DNA of 62,161 nt, filler included. It is 6 parts of 6 records of this genome, joined end to end, with 100 filler letters (N's around TTAATTAATTAA, not from the genome) between each part and the next. Parts side by side here need not be neighbours in the genome. Positions count along the whole stretch, not along the records: positions 1 to 24,825 come from DRR723986_18167; positions 24,926 to 35,128 come from DRR723986_18184; 4 more parts are not named here. One strand, written 5' to 3'. Positions 20,157 to 31,017 of this stretch are shown here, piece after piece. Positions within the stretch are counted from its first letter, which is position 1. Each line of letters opens with the position of its first letter. Both the position numbers and the translations under genes were made by a program. The notes beneath the pieces were generated by a model, which saw only the letters and a program-made list of their open reading frames with translations, searched no databases and was not told where the DNA came from.

Positions 20157-20600
20157 TTTTCTCAAATTAGGAATAGGTTCTTCGAATTGGAAATGGCAGG
20201 TACAAAATTGAGATTCCCCGAACTTTCATGCTTCTTATTTTATATCCTTAAACCTATCAAACTACAAATCAAGTACATGCTAGCTTGGCATTGTAAACTT
20301 TTGATATTAAGGATTTGAAAAATAAAGTTTATAGTCCCCTCCCAACTCAAGTGTCTAGTATATAGGGCTTAACGGCTTAATATGTAAGCTTTCCCTAGCG
20401 TACCTAAAAATGAATAATTCATAGTATTGGATTTATAACGTGTTTTGAATCAAAAATCCTTTACTTGATGGAATATCTTCATCTAAAAAACTCCTAAAAG
20501 AGCACTAATTAGTTCTAAACAAATCCACCTCGGTAGATGTAATGATAGCAAAACCCAAACTCTTACAATAAGAAAAGAGATACTACAGCAACAAATAAAA

Positions 20601-21680
20601 ATGAAAAAATTAAAATTCGATAAAACAGTTAATGCTGAATTCTCAAAAATATTACGAATTAGGGTTAATGATCACTTCAAAAAGAACAACAAGAATATTT
20701 ATGGAAATGGAAACATGGTCTTCAAGACTATTGTTATGCTGTCAGTTTTTCTTATCCCCATCATCATTATTTGCACAGGAATAGTAGCTAGTCCATATTT
20801 ACTTTTTGCGCTATATGTTACCAGTGGACTCGGAATGGCTGGAGTTGGCATGGGAGTAATGCATGACGCCATTCACGGGTCTTATTCTAAAAACCCAACC
20901 GTAAATAAATATTTGGGCTATACTATGAATCTCATAGGTGCAAATGCCAATGTTTGGAAGGTGCAGCACAATGTTCTTCACCATACGTACACCAATATTG
21001 AGCATGCGGATGATGATATCAATGCGCCATTTTTCTTGAGATTTTCCCCTAATGCGAAGCTGTATTGGATACACCGATTTCAATACTTATACATTTGGTT
21101 TTTTTATGGACTCTCTACGATCTCCTGGATCACCACCAAAGATTTTGTGCGGGTCAACCGCTATAAAGAAATGGGCTTTTTCAAAAAAGGAATAGAATTC
21201 AAAAAGGAGATCTTAAAGATTCTCGGATGGAAAATATTCTATTACTCTTACGCCTTAGTAATTCCTCTACTTATGGTGCCTCTGCCAACCTATATAATCA
21301 TTCTAGCATTTTTGAGTATGCATTTTGTTACTGGGATATGCATCAGCGCGGTGTTTCAGACCGCTCATATTGTATCAGATGCCTCTTTTCCCCAGCCAGA
21401 TTCTGAAGGTCAAATGGAAGGCAATTGGACAGTTCACCAACTGGCAACTACCAGCAATTATGCGCCAAAAAGCAGGTTCTTTTCTTGGCTGATTGGCGGT
21501 CTGAATTTTCAGGTAGAGCACCATTTATTTCCGAATATTTCACACATTCACTACCGTGAGCTTTCAGGGATCGTGTCGAAAACAGCTGAGGAGTTTAATG
21601 TTCCTTACTTTGTGAAAGCCACCTTTCTAGGTGCACTTAGAGATCATGTTTACATGCTGCGCCAGCTAGGTAGAGCTTAG
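20601..21680 (+). CDS. membrane fatty acid (acyl-CoA) desaturase
   Basis: His boxes HDAIH, HNVLHH, QVEHH; TM segments. Confidence 0.92.
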   Translation: MKKLKFDKTVNAEFSKILRIRVNDHFKKNNKNIYGNGNMVFKTIVMLSVFLIPIIIICTGIVASPYLLFALYVTSGLGMAGVGMGVMHDAIHGSYSKNPTVNKYLGYTMNLIGANANVWKVQHNVLHHTYTNIEHADDDINAPFFLRFSPNAKLYWIHRFQYLYIWFFYGLSTISWITTKDFVRVNRYKEMGFFKKGIEFKKEILKILGWKIFYYSYALVIPLLMVPLPTYIIILAFLSMHFVTGICISAVFQTAHIVSDASFPQPDSEGQMEGNWTVHQLATTSNYAPKSRFFSWLIGGLNFQVEHHLFPNISHIHYRELSGIVSKTAEEFNVPYFVKATFLGALRDHVYMLRQLGRA

Positions 21681-21937
21681 GTGGTATGATAGACTAAAAG
21701 TATCTCAATTGTCTAAGTTGAAACTTGCAAGACTAGGCCAAGAGGTGATTGGAGGGCTTATCCATTTAAGGCAATTCAATTTAGCATAGGAATTAAAATT
21801 TTATGATCATGCGCTCAAAATAAAGACGAGGAACATTTTACATGTTTGCCGTTGACATTATAGCTCTTTGGAGTCATCTGCAGCTTTAGTATCTTAATGT
21901 GAAATCGACCAGTCCTGCAATCGCAACTATTTCATCA

Positions 21938-22324
21938 ATGAAAACTGATTTCATATGTACTATTCCAGTCCTACCCTCTCAAGACATTGCTAGAGATTTA
22001 GATTGGTATTCACGAAACTTTGGGTTTGTGAAAGCCTTTGGTGATCACATGTACGCAGGCATGCGATTGGAGGAAATTGAACTGCACTTACAATGGCATG
22101 CAGATACTCCTGATGATCCGCTACTGGGAGGTTCGGTGGTGAGGATTTTCGTAAAAAACATTGAGCCCTATTTTGAAGCTTTGGTGATCAAAGGCATTTT
22201 AAAATCTGAAAAACTGATTAAAAATACTGCTTGGGGAACCCATGAATTTGGCTTGTATGATTTGAATAATAATGCAATTTTCATTGTCGAAGACATTGAA
22301 TCCTCTGCTGAAAAAACTTCATGA
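21938..22324 (+). CDS. VOC/glyoxalase-bleomycin resistance family protein
   Basis: IPVLPSQDI..WY...GF, LHLQW, TAWGTHEFGLYDLNNN; ATG at 21938 chosen. Confidence 0.8.
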   Translation: MKTDFICTIPVLPSQDIARDLDWYSRNFGFVKAFGDHMYAGMRLEEIELHLQWHADTPDDPLLGGSVVRIFVKNIEPYFEALVIKGILKSEKLIKNTAWGTHEFGLYDLNNNAIFIVEDIESSAEKTS

Positions 22325-22373
22325 ATTAGTCACTAAGGTTTCAAATACCTTTTGCTTTTCACTACTTGCACCA

Positions 22374-22763
22374 ATGAAACAACAACTAGGACAAATAGCC
22401 ATTTTGGTAAGGGATTACGATGAGGCAATAGTATACTACACGAATATTTTAGGATTTGAATTAATCGAAGACACCCATATCAGTGATGTAAAGCGCTGGG
22501 TGAGGGTTGCTCCTCCTGGATCTACTTGCCATTTGCTACTGGCGAAAGCTGCCAACGAACTTCAGAGAAATCAAATTGGCTTTCAGTCTGGAGGTAGGGT
22601 ATTTCTATTTTTATATACTGACAATTTCTACCGGGATTATCATAATTACACTGCTAAAGGAGTTGAGTTCATCAGAGAACCTTCCGAAGAAGCCTTTGGA
22701 ACAGTGGCAGTCTTTAAGGATTTGTATGGAAACCTTTGGGATTTCATAGAGCCAACCCAGTAA
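22374..22763 (+). CDS. VOC family protein
   Basis: ILVRDYDEAI.YYT..LGF, KRWVRVAPPG, FGTVAVFKDLYGNLWD; ATG at 22374 chosen. Confidence 0.88.
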   Translation: MKQQLGQIAILVRDYDEAIVYYTNILGFELIEDTHISDVKRWVRVAPPGSTCHLLLAKAANELQRNQIGFQSGGRVFLFLYTDNFYRDYHNYTAKGVEFIREPSEEAFGTVAVFKDLYGNLWDFIEPTQ

Positions 22764-22834
22764 ATAAGTGATTTTCAATACTGTTGAAAAAACCACTAAT
22801 TTGTTACAATTCTAATTTTTCAACTAGACGAAAT

Positions 22835-24532
22835 ATGAAAAACATCATCCTACTTAGTTGGTTCTGTTTGATTCTTTTCTCCTGCGAAACTCAAATTGGT
22901 TCTGATATACCCACCACTATTTATGTTGGTGGAGATATCATCACGATGGAAGGGGATGAACCAGCGTACGCTGAAGCTTTGGTAGAAAAAGAAGGGAAAA
23001 TTCTTTTTGTCGGCACTATAAACAAAGCCAAAGAAATCGCCGGGGAAGATCATCAGCTGAAAAATCTAGAAGGGAAGACCTTGGTGCCTGGATTTATAGA
23101 TGGCCATGCACATTTTGGAGGATTTGGAGCACAGGCTATCGCAGCTAATTTATTGGCCAGCCCTGATGGTGAGGTCAATTCCATCCCCGAATTAGTCGCC
23201 GAATTGAAGTCTTGGCACTCGGAAAATGGAACTGATAAAACTCAGGGATGGATCGTTGGTTTAGGATTTGACGATGCCGTTCTAGCTGAAAATCGCTTCC
23301 CCACCAAAGAAGATTTGGATCAGGTTTCCACTGAAGTCCCAATTTGTATCATTCATATTTCCGGTCACTTTGCCGTGATGAACTCAAAAGGTCTAGAAAT
23401 GAGTAATGTCACTGCAGAATCAAAGGACCCTGCAGGTGGAGTAATCCGAAGAATGCAAGGAAGCCAAGAGCCGAATGGAGTTCTCGAAGAACTTGCAGCT
23501 ATCCCTTTATTTTTTCCAATTATTGGTCCTTCTGATCCTGAGTTAGCTTTTTATTATTTAGATAAATCTCAGGAAATGGCAGCCAAATTTGGCTACACCA
23601 CTGCCCAAGAAGGAAGAGCAATGGCAAATCATGAGTTGATGGCAAGCTATGCGGAGAAGGGTAAATTTTATCTAGACGTAGTTTCCTACATCGACTATAC
23701 AGCTCCTCAGTATTTTGACACCAAATGGTATGGAAAGGATTATACCAATCGCTACAGAATAGGTGGAATAAAAATGACGCTTGATGGATCACCTCAAGGA
23801 AGAACTGCTTGGCGGACAGAACCCTATTTAATCCCGCCAGATGGACAAAATAAAGACTATAAAGGATATCCTGCAATCGCTCAAGACGCCGAAGTACAAC
23901 GAATAGTCAACATGGCTTTTGAAAATGAATGGCAACTACTTACGCACGCGAATGGGGATGCCGCAATGGACCAATTGATTCGAACTCTCCGACCTGCTAT
24001 TACAAAATATGGAAACCAGGATCGTCGAAATGTGCTAATCCATGGTCAATACATTCGTCTGGATCAATTGGATAGCCTTGCTGATATGGACGTGATTGCT
24101 TCACTTTTCCCGATGCATACTTTTTACTGGGGAGATTGGCATAGGGAAATCATAGGTAAGGAAAAAGCTGATCAGATTTCTCCACTTCGCTCGGCATTGG
24201 ATCGAGGGATGAAAGTTACTTCTCACACCGATGCTCCAGTTGCATTTCCAAATTTGATGATGATCTTATGGACCACTGTCAATCGGGTTTCCCGAAGCGG
24301 TGAAATTATTGGTAAAGAAGAGCGATTAACTCCTTACGAGGCCTTAAAATCTATTACGATCTGGGGCGCTTTCCAGCATTTTGAAGAAAATAGAAAGGGC
24401 AGTCTGGTGTCGGGGAAATTAGCTGACCTGGTTATTTTGGACCAGAACCCCTTAAAGGTTGACCCAATGTTATTGAAAGACATTCAAGTAATGGAGACCA
24501 TTAAGGAAGGAAAGACTATTTTTAAGAAATAA
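22835..24532 (+). CDS. amidohydrolase family 3 (YtcJ-like) lipoprotein
   Basis: Lipobox LFSC, PGFIDGHAH, DGSPQGRTA, HANGD, GKLADLVILD; ATG at 22835. Confidence 0.88.
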   Translation: MKNIILLSWFCLILFSCETQIGSDIPTTIYVGGDIITMEGDEPAYAEALVEKEGKILFVGTINKAKEIAGEDHQLKNLEGKTLVPGFIDGHAHFGGFGAQAIAANLLASPDGEVNSIPELVAELKSWHSENGTDKTQGWIVGLGFDDAVLAENRFPTKEDLDQVSTEVPICIIHISGHFAVMNSKGLEMSNVTAESKDPAGGVIRRMQGSQEPNGVLEELAAIPLFFPIIGPSDPELAFYYLDKSQEMAAKFGYTTAQEGRAMANHELMASYAEKGKFYLDVVSYIDYTAPQYFDTKWYGKDYTNRYRIGGIKMTLDGSPQGRTAWRTEPYLIPPDGQNKDYKGYPAIAQDAEVQRIVNMAFENEWQLLTHANGDAAMDQLIRTLRPAITKYGNQDRRNVLIHGQYIRLDQLDSLADMDVIASLFPMHTFYWGDWHREIIGKEKADQISPLRSALDRGMKVTSHTDAPVAFPNLMMILWTTVNRVSRSGEIIGKEERLTPYEALKSITIWGAFQHFEENRKGSLVSGKLADLVILDQNPLKVDPMLLKDIQVMETIKEGKTIFKK

Positions 24533-24543
24533 TTCGAAAATAA

Positions 24544-24792
24544 ATGTCTGACAATCCTATTCCTGAGTCACAACCCAACAATCCACTTCACGGCGTAAAG
24601 CTTGCAGATATGGTCGAGCATCTGGTAGAGTTCTATGGATGGGAGGAACTTGGTGAGCGGATAACTATTCGGTGCTTCACACATGATCCCTCGGTTAATT
24701 CTAGTTTGAAATTTCTTCGCAAAACTCCATGGGCTAGAGAGAGAGTGGAAGGTTTGTATTTGAAGTCTTTGCGTGATGCGAAGAAAGGTTAA
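24544..24792 (+). CDS. VF530/DUF2132 family protein
   Basis: [36 protein letters not shown] signature. Confidence 0.88.
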   Translation: MSDNPIPESQPNNPLHGVKLADMVEHLVEFYGWEELGERITIRCFTHDPSVNSSLKFLRKTPWARERVEGLYLKSLRDAKKG

Positions 24793-24798
24793 TTGTAA

Positions 24799-24825
24799 CC
24801 TTTGAGGTCTTCAAGACCTCGAAGG
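24799..24825. repeat. REP-like palindrome at contig end
   Basis: CCTTTGAGGTCT-TCA-AGACCTCGAAGG, a 12-bp stem with one G-T pair, running to the assembly break. Confidence 0.6.
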
Positions 24826-24925
24826 NNNNNNNNNNNNNNNNNNNNNNNNNNNNNNNNNNNNNNNNNNNNTTAATTAATTAANNNNNNNNNNNNNNNNNNN
24901 NNNNNNNNNNNNNNNNNNNNNNNNN
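24826..24925. other. artificial contig spacer
   Basis: 44 N + TTAATTAATTAA (stops in all six frames) + 44 N. Confidence 0.99.
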
Positions 24926-25019
24926 GATGACCACCAAGCGTAAGCGTCAGCTGCGTGGCACCAGTGCTGTCCACAAGTCGGACAAAGTTCTGGTCGACCG
25001 CATGCTTCGTGCCATTTGA
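24926..25019 (+). CDS. rpmI: 50S ribosomal protein L35, 5'-truncated
   Basis: Manual translation ..MTTKRKRQLRGTSAVHKSDKVLVDRMLRAI* directly upstream of rplT; missing from the ORF track. Confidence 0.9.
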
Positions 25020-25050
25020 TTACCGTCATCTCAACAGATAGGAATAGACT

Positions 25051-25407
25051 ATGCCCCGCGTAAAACGTGGTGTGACAGCACACCGTCGTCATAAAAAGAT
25101 TTTGAAGCAAGCCAAGGGTTACTACGGAGCGCGTTCGCGCATCTATCGTGTAGCTAAGCAGGCGGTAATCAAAGCCGGTCAATACGCTTACCGCGATCGT
25201 CGCGTTAAGAAACGTACTTTCCGTGCACTGTGGATCACCCGCATTAATGCTGCATCTCGCGCCAATGGTTTGAATTACAGCCGTTTGATTGCTGGCTTGA
25301 AAAAGGCAGAGATCGCACTGGACCGTCGCGTGTTGGCTGACTTAGCCGTGCACGACAAAGAAGCCTTTGCTGCCGTGGTAGAACGCGCGAAAGCAGCTCT
25401 GGCCTGA
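25051..25407 (+). CDS. rplT: 50S ribosomal protein L20
   Basis: [37 protein letters not shown]. Confidence 0.98.
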   Translation: MPRVKRGVTAHRRHKKILKQAKGYYGARSRIYRVAKQAVIKAGQYAYRDRRVKKRTFRALWITRINAASRANGLNYSRLIAGLKKAEIALDRRVLADLAVHDKEAFAAVVERAKAALA

Positions 25408-26553
<1,146 letters not shown>

Positions 26554-26604
26554 ATGCATCGAGCTACTAGCTAGGCAACGTTAACAGTCGGATACGGATA
26601 GAGC

Positions 26605-28971
26605 ATGAAATTTAGTGAACAGTGGTTGCGAGAGTGGGTAAACCCCGGTGTGGACAGTGACGATTTGTCTGCACAATTGACGATGGCCGGCTTGGAAGTC
26701 GATGCCATTGAGCCTGTCGCGGGTGATTTTAGCGGTGTGGTTGTTGCTGAGATTACTGCTGCAGAGCGCCACCCTGACGCCGACAAGCTGCAAGTTTGCC
26801 AAGTGAGTAATGGCCAGGAAAGTTTCCAAATTGTGTGCGGCGCCGCCAATGCTCGGGTAGGAATCAAAGTGCCCATGGCCATGGTAGGGGCGATCCTGCC
26901 CGGTAATTTTAAAATAAAGAAAGCCAAGCTGCGCGGCGTAGAGTCTTTTGGCATGTTGTGTGCCGAGCAAGAGTTGGGAATGGCGGAGCACTCTGATGGC
27001 CTGTTCGAATTGCCCAGCGATGCGCCGTTGGGTGAGGATATTCGTAGTTACCTAGGGCTTGACGATAAGCTTATCGAGCTGGGTTTGACCCCAAACCGCG
27101 CCGATTGTCTCAGTATTAGAGGGGTCGCACGCGAGGCGGCCGTTCTCAACAATATGGCGTTTGCTGAGCCAGCGCAGGCCGCGGTAGAAGCTTCCATCGA
27201 CGATCAGCTAACCGTAAAGATTGCGGCACCGGATCACTGCGCGCGCTATGTGGGCCGCGTGGTGCGTGGTGTGGATATGGGGGCAGAAAGCCCTTTGTGG
27301 CTGCAAGAAAAATTGCGCCGCTGTGGTTCGCGTAGCATTGACCCTGTGGTGGATGTCACCAACTTGGTTATGCTTGAGCTCGGTCAGCCCATGCATGCCT
27401 TTGACTTATCGGCGATCAGCGGCGCCGTTAGCGTGCGCACGGCAACGCCAGGCGAGAGCCTCGAGTTGCTTGACGGGCAAACGTTGGAGCTTCGTGACGA
27501 CAGCCTGTTAATAGCCGATGATGAGAAACCGTTGGCGCTCGCCGGCATTATGGGCGGGCAGAGCAGTGCGGTATCTGCTGCGACTCAAGACTTATTCTTG
27601 GAGTCTGCATTTTTCACCCCAGAGAAGCTTGCCGGCAAGGCGCGCTCCTATGGTTTGCACACTGACGCGTCGCATAGATTTGAGCGTGGTGTGGACTTCG
27701 CCCTGGCAGAACGAGCAATTGAGCGCGCCACCGAATTAATATTGCAAATATGCGGTGGCAAAGCAGGGCCGTTGACCGAGGCGAGTAGTGATGCTTTACC
27801 AAGCCGCAGCCCTGTAATATTGCGTGAGGCGCGCATCGAGAAAATGCTGGGGATGCCGTTGCTGGCTAAAGAAGTCGAGCAAATCCTGACAGGCTTAGGT
27901 ATGCAGGTAGAGCGTCAGGACAGCGGCTGGATGGTAACCCCGCCGAGCTGGCGTTTTGATATTGCCATCGAAGTGGACTTGCTCGAAGAACTCGCCCGGG
28001 TATATGGCTATAATCGCCTGCCGGTTAAACCCATTCGCTCGGAGCTGGCTATAAAGTCTCGCCCGGAAGGGCAGCGAGCTGTCATGGATTTACGGCAGCA
28101 CTTGGTATCCCGTGGTTACCAGGAGGCCATTAGCTACAGTTTTGTCGACCCTGTGCTCAACGCGAAACTCTCCGAGCGCGAAGATTGCGTGACCTTATTG
28201 AATCCAATTAGCGCCGATATGGCGCAGATGCGTGACTCTCTTCTGCCAGGCCTCTTGAAGACCGCGGAATACAATAGCAAGCGTCAGCAGGCGCGCTTGC
28301 GATTCTTTGAAATTGGGCAGCGTTTTGTGCCATCCGCTGAGGGCTTGGCGCAGATTCCGACACTGGGTGCGCTGTTGTCTGGGCGACGAGATCCGGAAAA
28401 TTGGAGTTCAGGTGGCGAATTGCTGGATTTCTTCGATCTTAAGGGCGATTTAGAGGCGCTGATTACCCCTGCCGCGACACCTTTGCGATTTGAGGCGGCG
28501 CAGCACAAGGCGCTGCACCCTGGGCAAACAGCAAATGTCTATCGAGGAGAGCACTGCGTTGGACGCATTGGTGCGCTTCACCCCTCGCTACAGAGTGACT
28601 TGGATTTGCCATCGGCCGTGTATTTCTTCGAAATAGACCTCGATGCACTGCTCGAAGTAGGTGTGCCTGCGTTTAAACCTGTTTCGCGCTATCCCGAGCT
28701 CCGCCGTGACTTAGCGGTTATTTTGCCTAGCGATGTGACCGCGCAATCCGTTCTGGATTGTGTGCAGAGCGCGGCCGGGGAGTTGCTGGTTAACTTGAAG
28801 CTCTTTGATATTTATCAGGGTAAAGGTATTGATCCAGAAAGGAAAAGCCTGGGCCTGGGCTTGACGTACCGACATTCATCCCGCACTCTTAATGAGGAAG
28901 AAGTTACCCTATCTGTAGAGGCGGTAGTGCAGGCGTTGCAGGATCGCTTCGGGGCCAGTTTAAGGAACTGA
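26605..28971 (+). CDS. pheT: phenylalanine--tRNA ligase beta subunit
   Basis: [40 protein letters not shown]-terminal FDX-ACB domain. Confidence 0.98.
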   Translation: MKFSEQWLREWVNPGVDSDDLSAQLTMAGLEVDAIEPVAGDFSGVVVAEITAAERHPDADKLQVCQVSNGQESFQIVCGAANARVGIKVPMAMVGAILPGNFKIKKAKLRGVESFGMLCAEQELGMAEHSDGLFELPSDAPLGEDIRSYLGLDDKLIELGLTPNRADCLSIRGVAREAAVLNNMAFAEPAQAAVEASIDDQLTVKIAAPDHCARYVGRVVRGVDMGAESPLWLQEKLRRCGSRSIDPVVDVTNLVMLELGQPMHAFDLSAISGAVSVRTATPGESLELLDGQTLELRDDSLLIADDEKPLALAGIMGGQSSAVSAATQDLFLESAFFTPEKLAGKARSYGLHTDASHRFERGVDFALAERAIERATELILQICGGKAGPLTEASSDALPSRSPVILREARIEKMLGMPLLAKEVEQILTGLGMQVERQDSGWMVTPPSWRFDIAIEVDLLEELARVYGYNRLPVKPIRSELAIKSRPEGQRAVMDLRQHLVSRGYQEAISYSFVDPVLNAKLSEREDCVTLLNPISADMAQMRDSLLPGLLKTAEYNSKRQQARLRFFEIGQRFVPSAEGLAQIPTLGALLSGRRDPENWSSGGELLDFFDLKGDLEALITPAATPLRFEAAQHKALHPGQTANVYRGEHCVGRIGALHPSLQSDLDLPSAVYFFEIDLDALLEVGVPAFKPVSRYPELRRDLAVILPSDVTAQSVLDCVQSAAGELLVNLKLFDIYQGKGIDPERKSLGLGLTYRHSSRTLNEEEVTLSVEAVVQALQDRFGASLRN

Positions 28972-28976
28972 ATGTG

Positions 28977-29279
28977 ATGACGTCCCTCACCAAGGCAGAA
29001 ATGGCGGAGCGCCTCTATGAAGAGCTCGGTCTGAACAAGCGTGAGGCGAAAGAGCTTGTCGAGCTGTTTTTTGAGCAGATTCGCCACTGTTTAGAGAATA
29101 ATGAGCAGGTCAAAATTTCCGGCTTTGGCAATTTTGACCTGCGTGATAAGAGCCAGCGGCCTGGGCGCAATCCCAAAACCGGTGAAGAAATTCCCATTTC
29201 TGCTCGGCGAGTGGTGACCTTCAGGCCAGGCCAAAAGTTGAAATCCAGGGTAGAGGACTATGCTGGAACCAAGTCATAA
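28977..29279 (+). CDS. ihfA: integration host factor alpha
   Basis: [31 protein letters not shown]; canonical position after pheT. Confidence 0.97.
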   Translation: MTSLTKAEMAERLYEELGLNKREAKELVELFFEQIRHCLENNEQVKISGFGNFDLRDKSQRPGRNPKTGEEIPISARRVVTFRPGQKLKSRVEDYAGTKS

Positions 29280-29616
29280 CGACGAGCTGCCACCGATCCC
29301 GGGAAAACGCTACTTTACGATAGGTGAAGTCAGCGAGCTCTGCTGCGTCAAACCGCATGTGCTGAGATACTGGGAGCAGGAGTTTCCTCAGCTGGCACCC
29401 GTTAAGCGCAGGGGTAACCGCCGCTATTATCAGCACCAAGACGTGCTGATGATTCGTCAAATCCGCAGCCTGTTATATGAACAAGGCTATACCATTGGTG
29501 GTGCACGGCAGCGCATGTCGGGGGATGAGGCTAAAGGCGATTCCGCCCAGTCCAAGTTATTGATTAAACAGTTAATCGGTGAACTGGAAGATTTGTTAAA
29601 AGATCTAAAAAGATAG
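29260..29616 (+). CDS. MerR family transcriptional regulator (ihfA-linked)
   Basis: [28 protein letters not shown]; conserved ihfA-merR-tRNA-Pro synteny. Confidence 0.93.
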   Translation: MLEPSHNDELPPIPGKRYFTIGEVSELCCVKPHVLRYWEQEFPQLAPVKRRGNRRYYQHQDVLMIRQIRSLLYEQGYTIGGARQRMSGDEAKGDSAQSKLLIKQLIGELEDLLKDLKR

Positions 29617-29645
29617 TTCACAGTGCTGTTTAGTTGGGGTATGAT
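29617..29645 (+). promoter_or_regulatory. sigma70-type promoter for tRNA-Pro
   Basis: TTCACA-17 nt-TATGAT followed by a GC-rich discriminator, 14 nt before the tRNA. Confidence 0.65.
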
Positions 29646-29659
29646 TCTGCCCCTCATTT

Positions 29660-29736
29660 CGGGGCGTAGCGCAGTCTGGTAGCGCACCACACTGGGGGTG
29701 TGGGGGTCGCAGGTTCGAATCCTGCCGTTCCGACCA
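29660..29736 (+). tRNA. tRNA-Pro(GGG)
   Basis: CGGGGCG acceptor stem, D-arm, anticodon arm CCACA-CTGGGGG-TGTGG, GGTTCGAATCC T-arm, encoded CCA. Confidence 0.96.
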
Positions 29737-29741
29737 TATTT

Positions 29742-29768
29742 AAAGGGCCGCTTTAGCGGCCCTTTTTC
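29742..29768 (+). terminator. intrinsic terminator after tRNA-Pro
   Basis: AAAGGGCCGCT-TT-AGCGGCCCTTT followed by further T. Confidence 0.8.
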
Positions 29769-29930
29769 ATTTTTAGACTGTTATTTTATTTAATCCGGCT
29801 TGCTGCATAGCATGCTGTTCTAACGACGCCCCTTATCCTGCATATACTCGGTCAGTAACTGACTGATTCAATACGCCATTCAAGCAAGTTGCCACCTCCG
29901 ATCAGCCGCTTTTCACATAACGCAGGCTTT

Positions 29931-29946
29931 TGTGATTTGAATCACT
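29931..29946. promoter_or_regulatory. CRP/Vfr-like binding site upstream of the repeat-protein gene
   Basis: TGTGA-TTTGAA-TCACT versus the consensus TGTGA-N6-TCACA (9/10 match). Confidence 0.45.
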
Positions 29947-30047
29947 ATAATCAATACGTATAAACGCGTATTATCCGCCTATAACACAAATAAAGCAGAA
30001 CGTAGATTCTGTTCGCGGAAAAACAAAAAATGTCTGGAGGACATGCT

Positions 30048-30881
30048 GTGAAAACTCTATCAATGAAACAATTGTCATTAGCGGCAGCCATCGCGGCTGC
30101 ATCATCACTCTCAAGTGCCGGCCCTTTGGCGCCAATTATCGAACCGCTTGCTGAAGGCTTGGCGGGAACGCCGCTCGACGCAATCATCGCGCCGTTAAAC
30201 GAAATCGATTCTCAGCTCTCAGCGCTCGATGGTGGTGGCGATAATCCTCTGCAGCCGATCCTGGATCAATTGCAGGGCGGCGGTAGTGGCGGTGACAACC
30301 CCTTGCAGCCCATTTTGGACCAGCTTCAGGGCGGTGGTGAAAACCCTCTTGCGCCATACGCATTGCAGCTGACGAAGACCGTTGACGACTTGGCCAATGA
30401 CTTGGCAGGCAAGGACGGAACCGTAGACGCAGTGACTGATGTCGTTGATACCCTGGCAACCGACCCAACCGCCGTTCAAGCGAGTGTGGAAGCCATTCCA
30501 CCGACACTGGAAGTGCTGTTTGCACATCTGCAAGAGAACTTGATGGGATTTGCGCCGGAGGGCGGCAGTGACGGTGGCGACAATCCGCTTCAGCCTCTGC
30601 TTGATCAGCTTCAGGGTGGTGGAGAGGGCGACAACCCGCTGCAGCCCCTTGTTGATCAATTTGAGAGCGCCGCAGCTGGCGGTGAGGGCGGTGAAAGTGA
30701 TAACCCTCTTCAGCCAGTATTAGATGTACTGCCTATTCCCGCGCCATCTGACGGCGGTGATAGCGACTCTGAGCCCAGTGCATTGCCGCTTTCACTAGCG
30801 TTTTCTTTCGAGTCAGCGGCTTTCAGCTTTTCATTCGGGTTTGACGGCCAAGAGCCGGTATTTGAATTGCCAACACCTTAA
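30048..30881 (+). CDS. secreted acidic Gly-rich protein with DNPLQPxLDQLQGGG repeats
   Basis: GGAGG RBS then GTG at 30048; Sec-type signal (MKTLSMKQLSLAAAIAAASSLSSA); five DNPLQP units plus one ENPLAP unit; aromatic beta-type C-terminus. Confidence 0.8.
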   Translation: MKTLSMKQLSLAAAIAAASSLSSAGPLAPIIEPLAEGLAGTPLDAIIAPLNEIDSQLSALDGGGDNPLQPILDQLQGGGSGGDNPLQPILDQLQGGGENPLAPYALQLTKTVDDLANDLAGKDGTVDAVTDVVDTLATDPTAVQASVEAIPPTLEVLFAHLQENLMGFAPEGGSDGGDNPLQPLLDQLQGGGEGDNPLQPLVDQFESAAAGGEGGESDNPLQPVLDVLPIPAPSDGGDSDSEPSALPLSLAFSFESAAFSFSFGFDGQEPVFELPTP

Positions 30882-30905
30882 CGAGGCGTGTTGACCTGAT
30901 ATAGT

Positions 30906-30937
30906 AGAGCCGGTTTCCTTAGGGAGCCGGCTTTTTT
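30906..30937 (+). terminator. intrinsic terminator after the repeat-protein gene
   Basis: AGAGCCGGTTTCC-loop-GGGAGCCGGCT followed by a T-run. Confidence 0.75.
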
Positions 30938-31017
30938 ACTTTCAAGTTTCAGCTAGCTATATCACAATAACGCATAATATAAATTTGGGTCATGTTCCGG
31001 CAGATAGGCATCGACAC

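Noticed and set aside
20157-20600. Long AT-rich intergenic region upstream of the desaturase
   Set aside because: No recognisable riboswitch, repeat or ORF by eye, so no feature can be supported.
30238-30735. Regularly spaced DNA repeats as a possible CRISPR array
   Set aside because: The repeats are in frame, vary at third codon positions and are irregularly spaced, and no cas genes are present. They are protein repeats.
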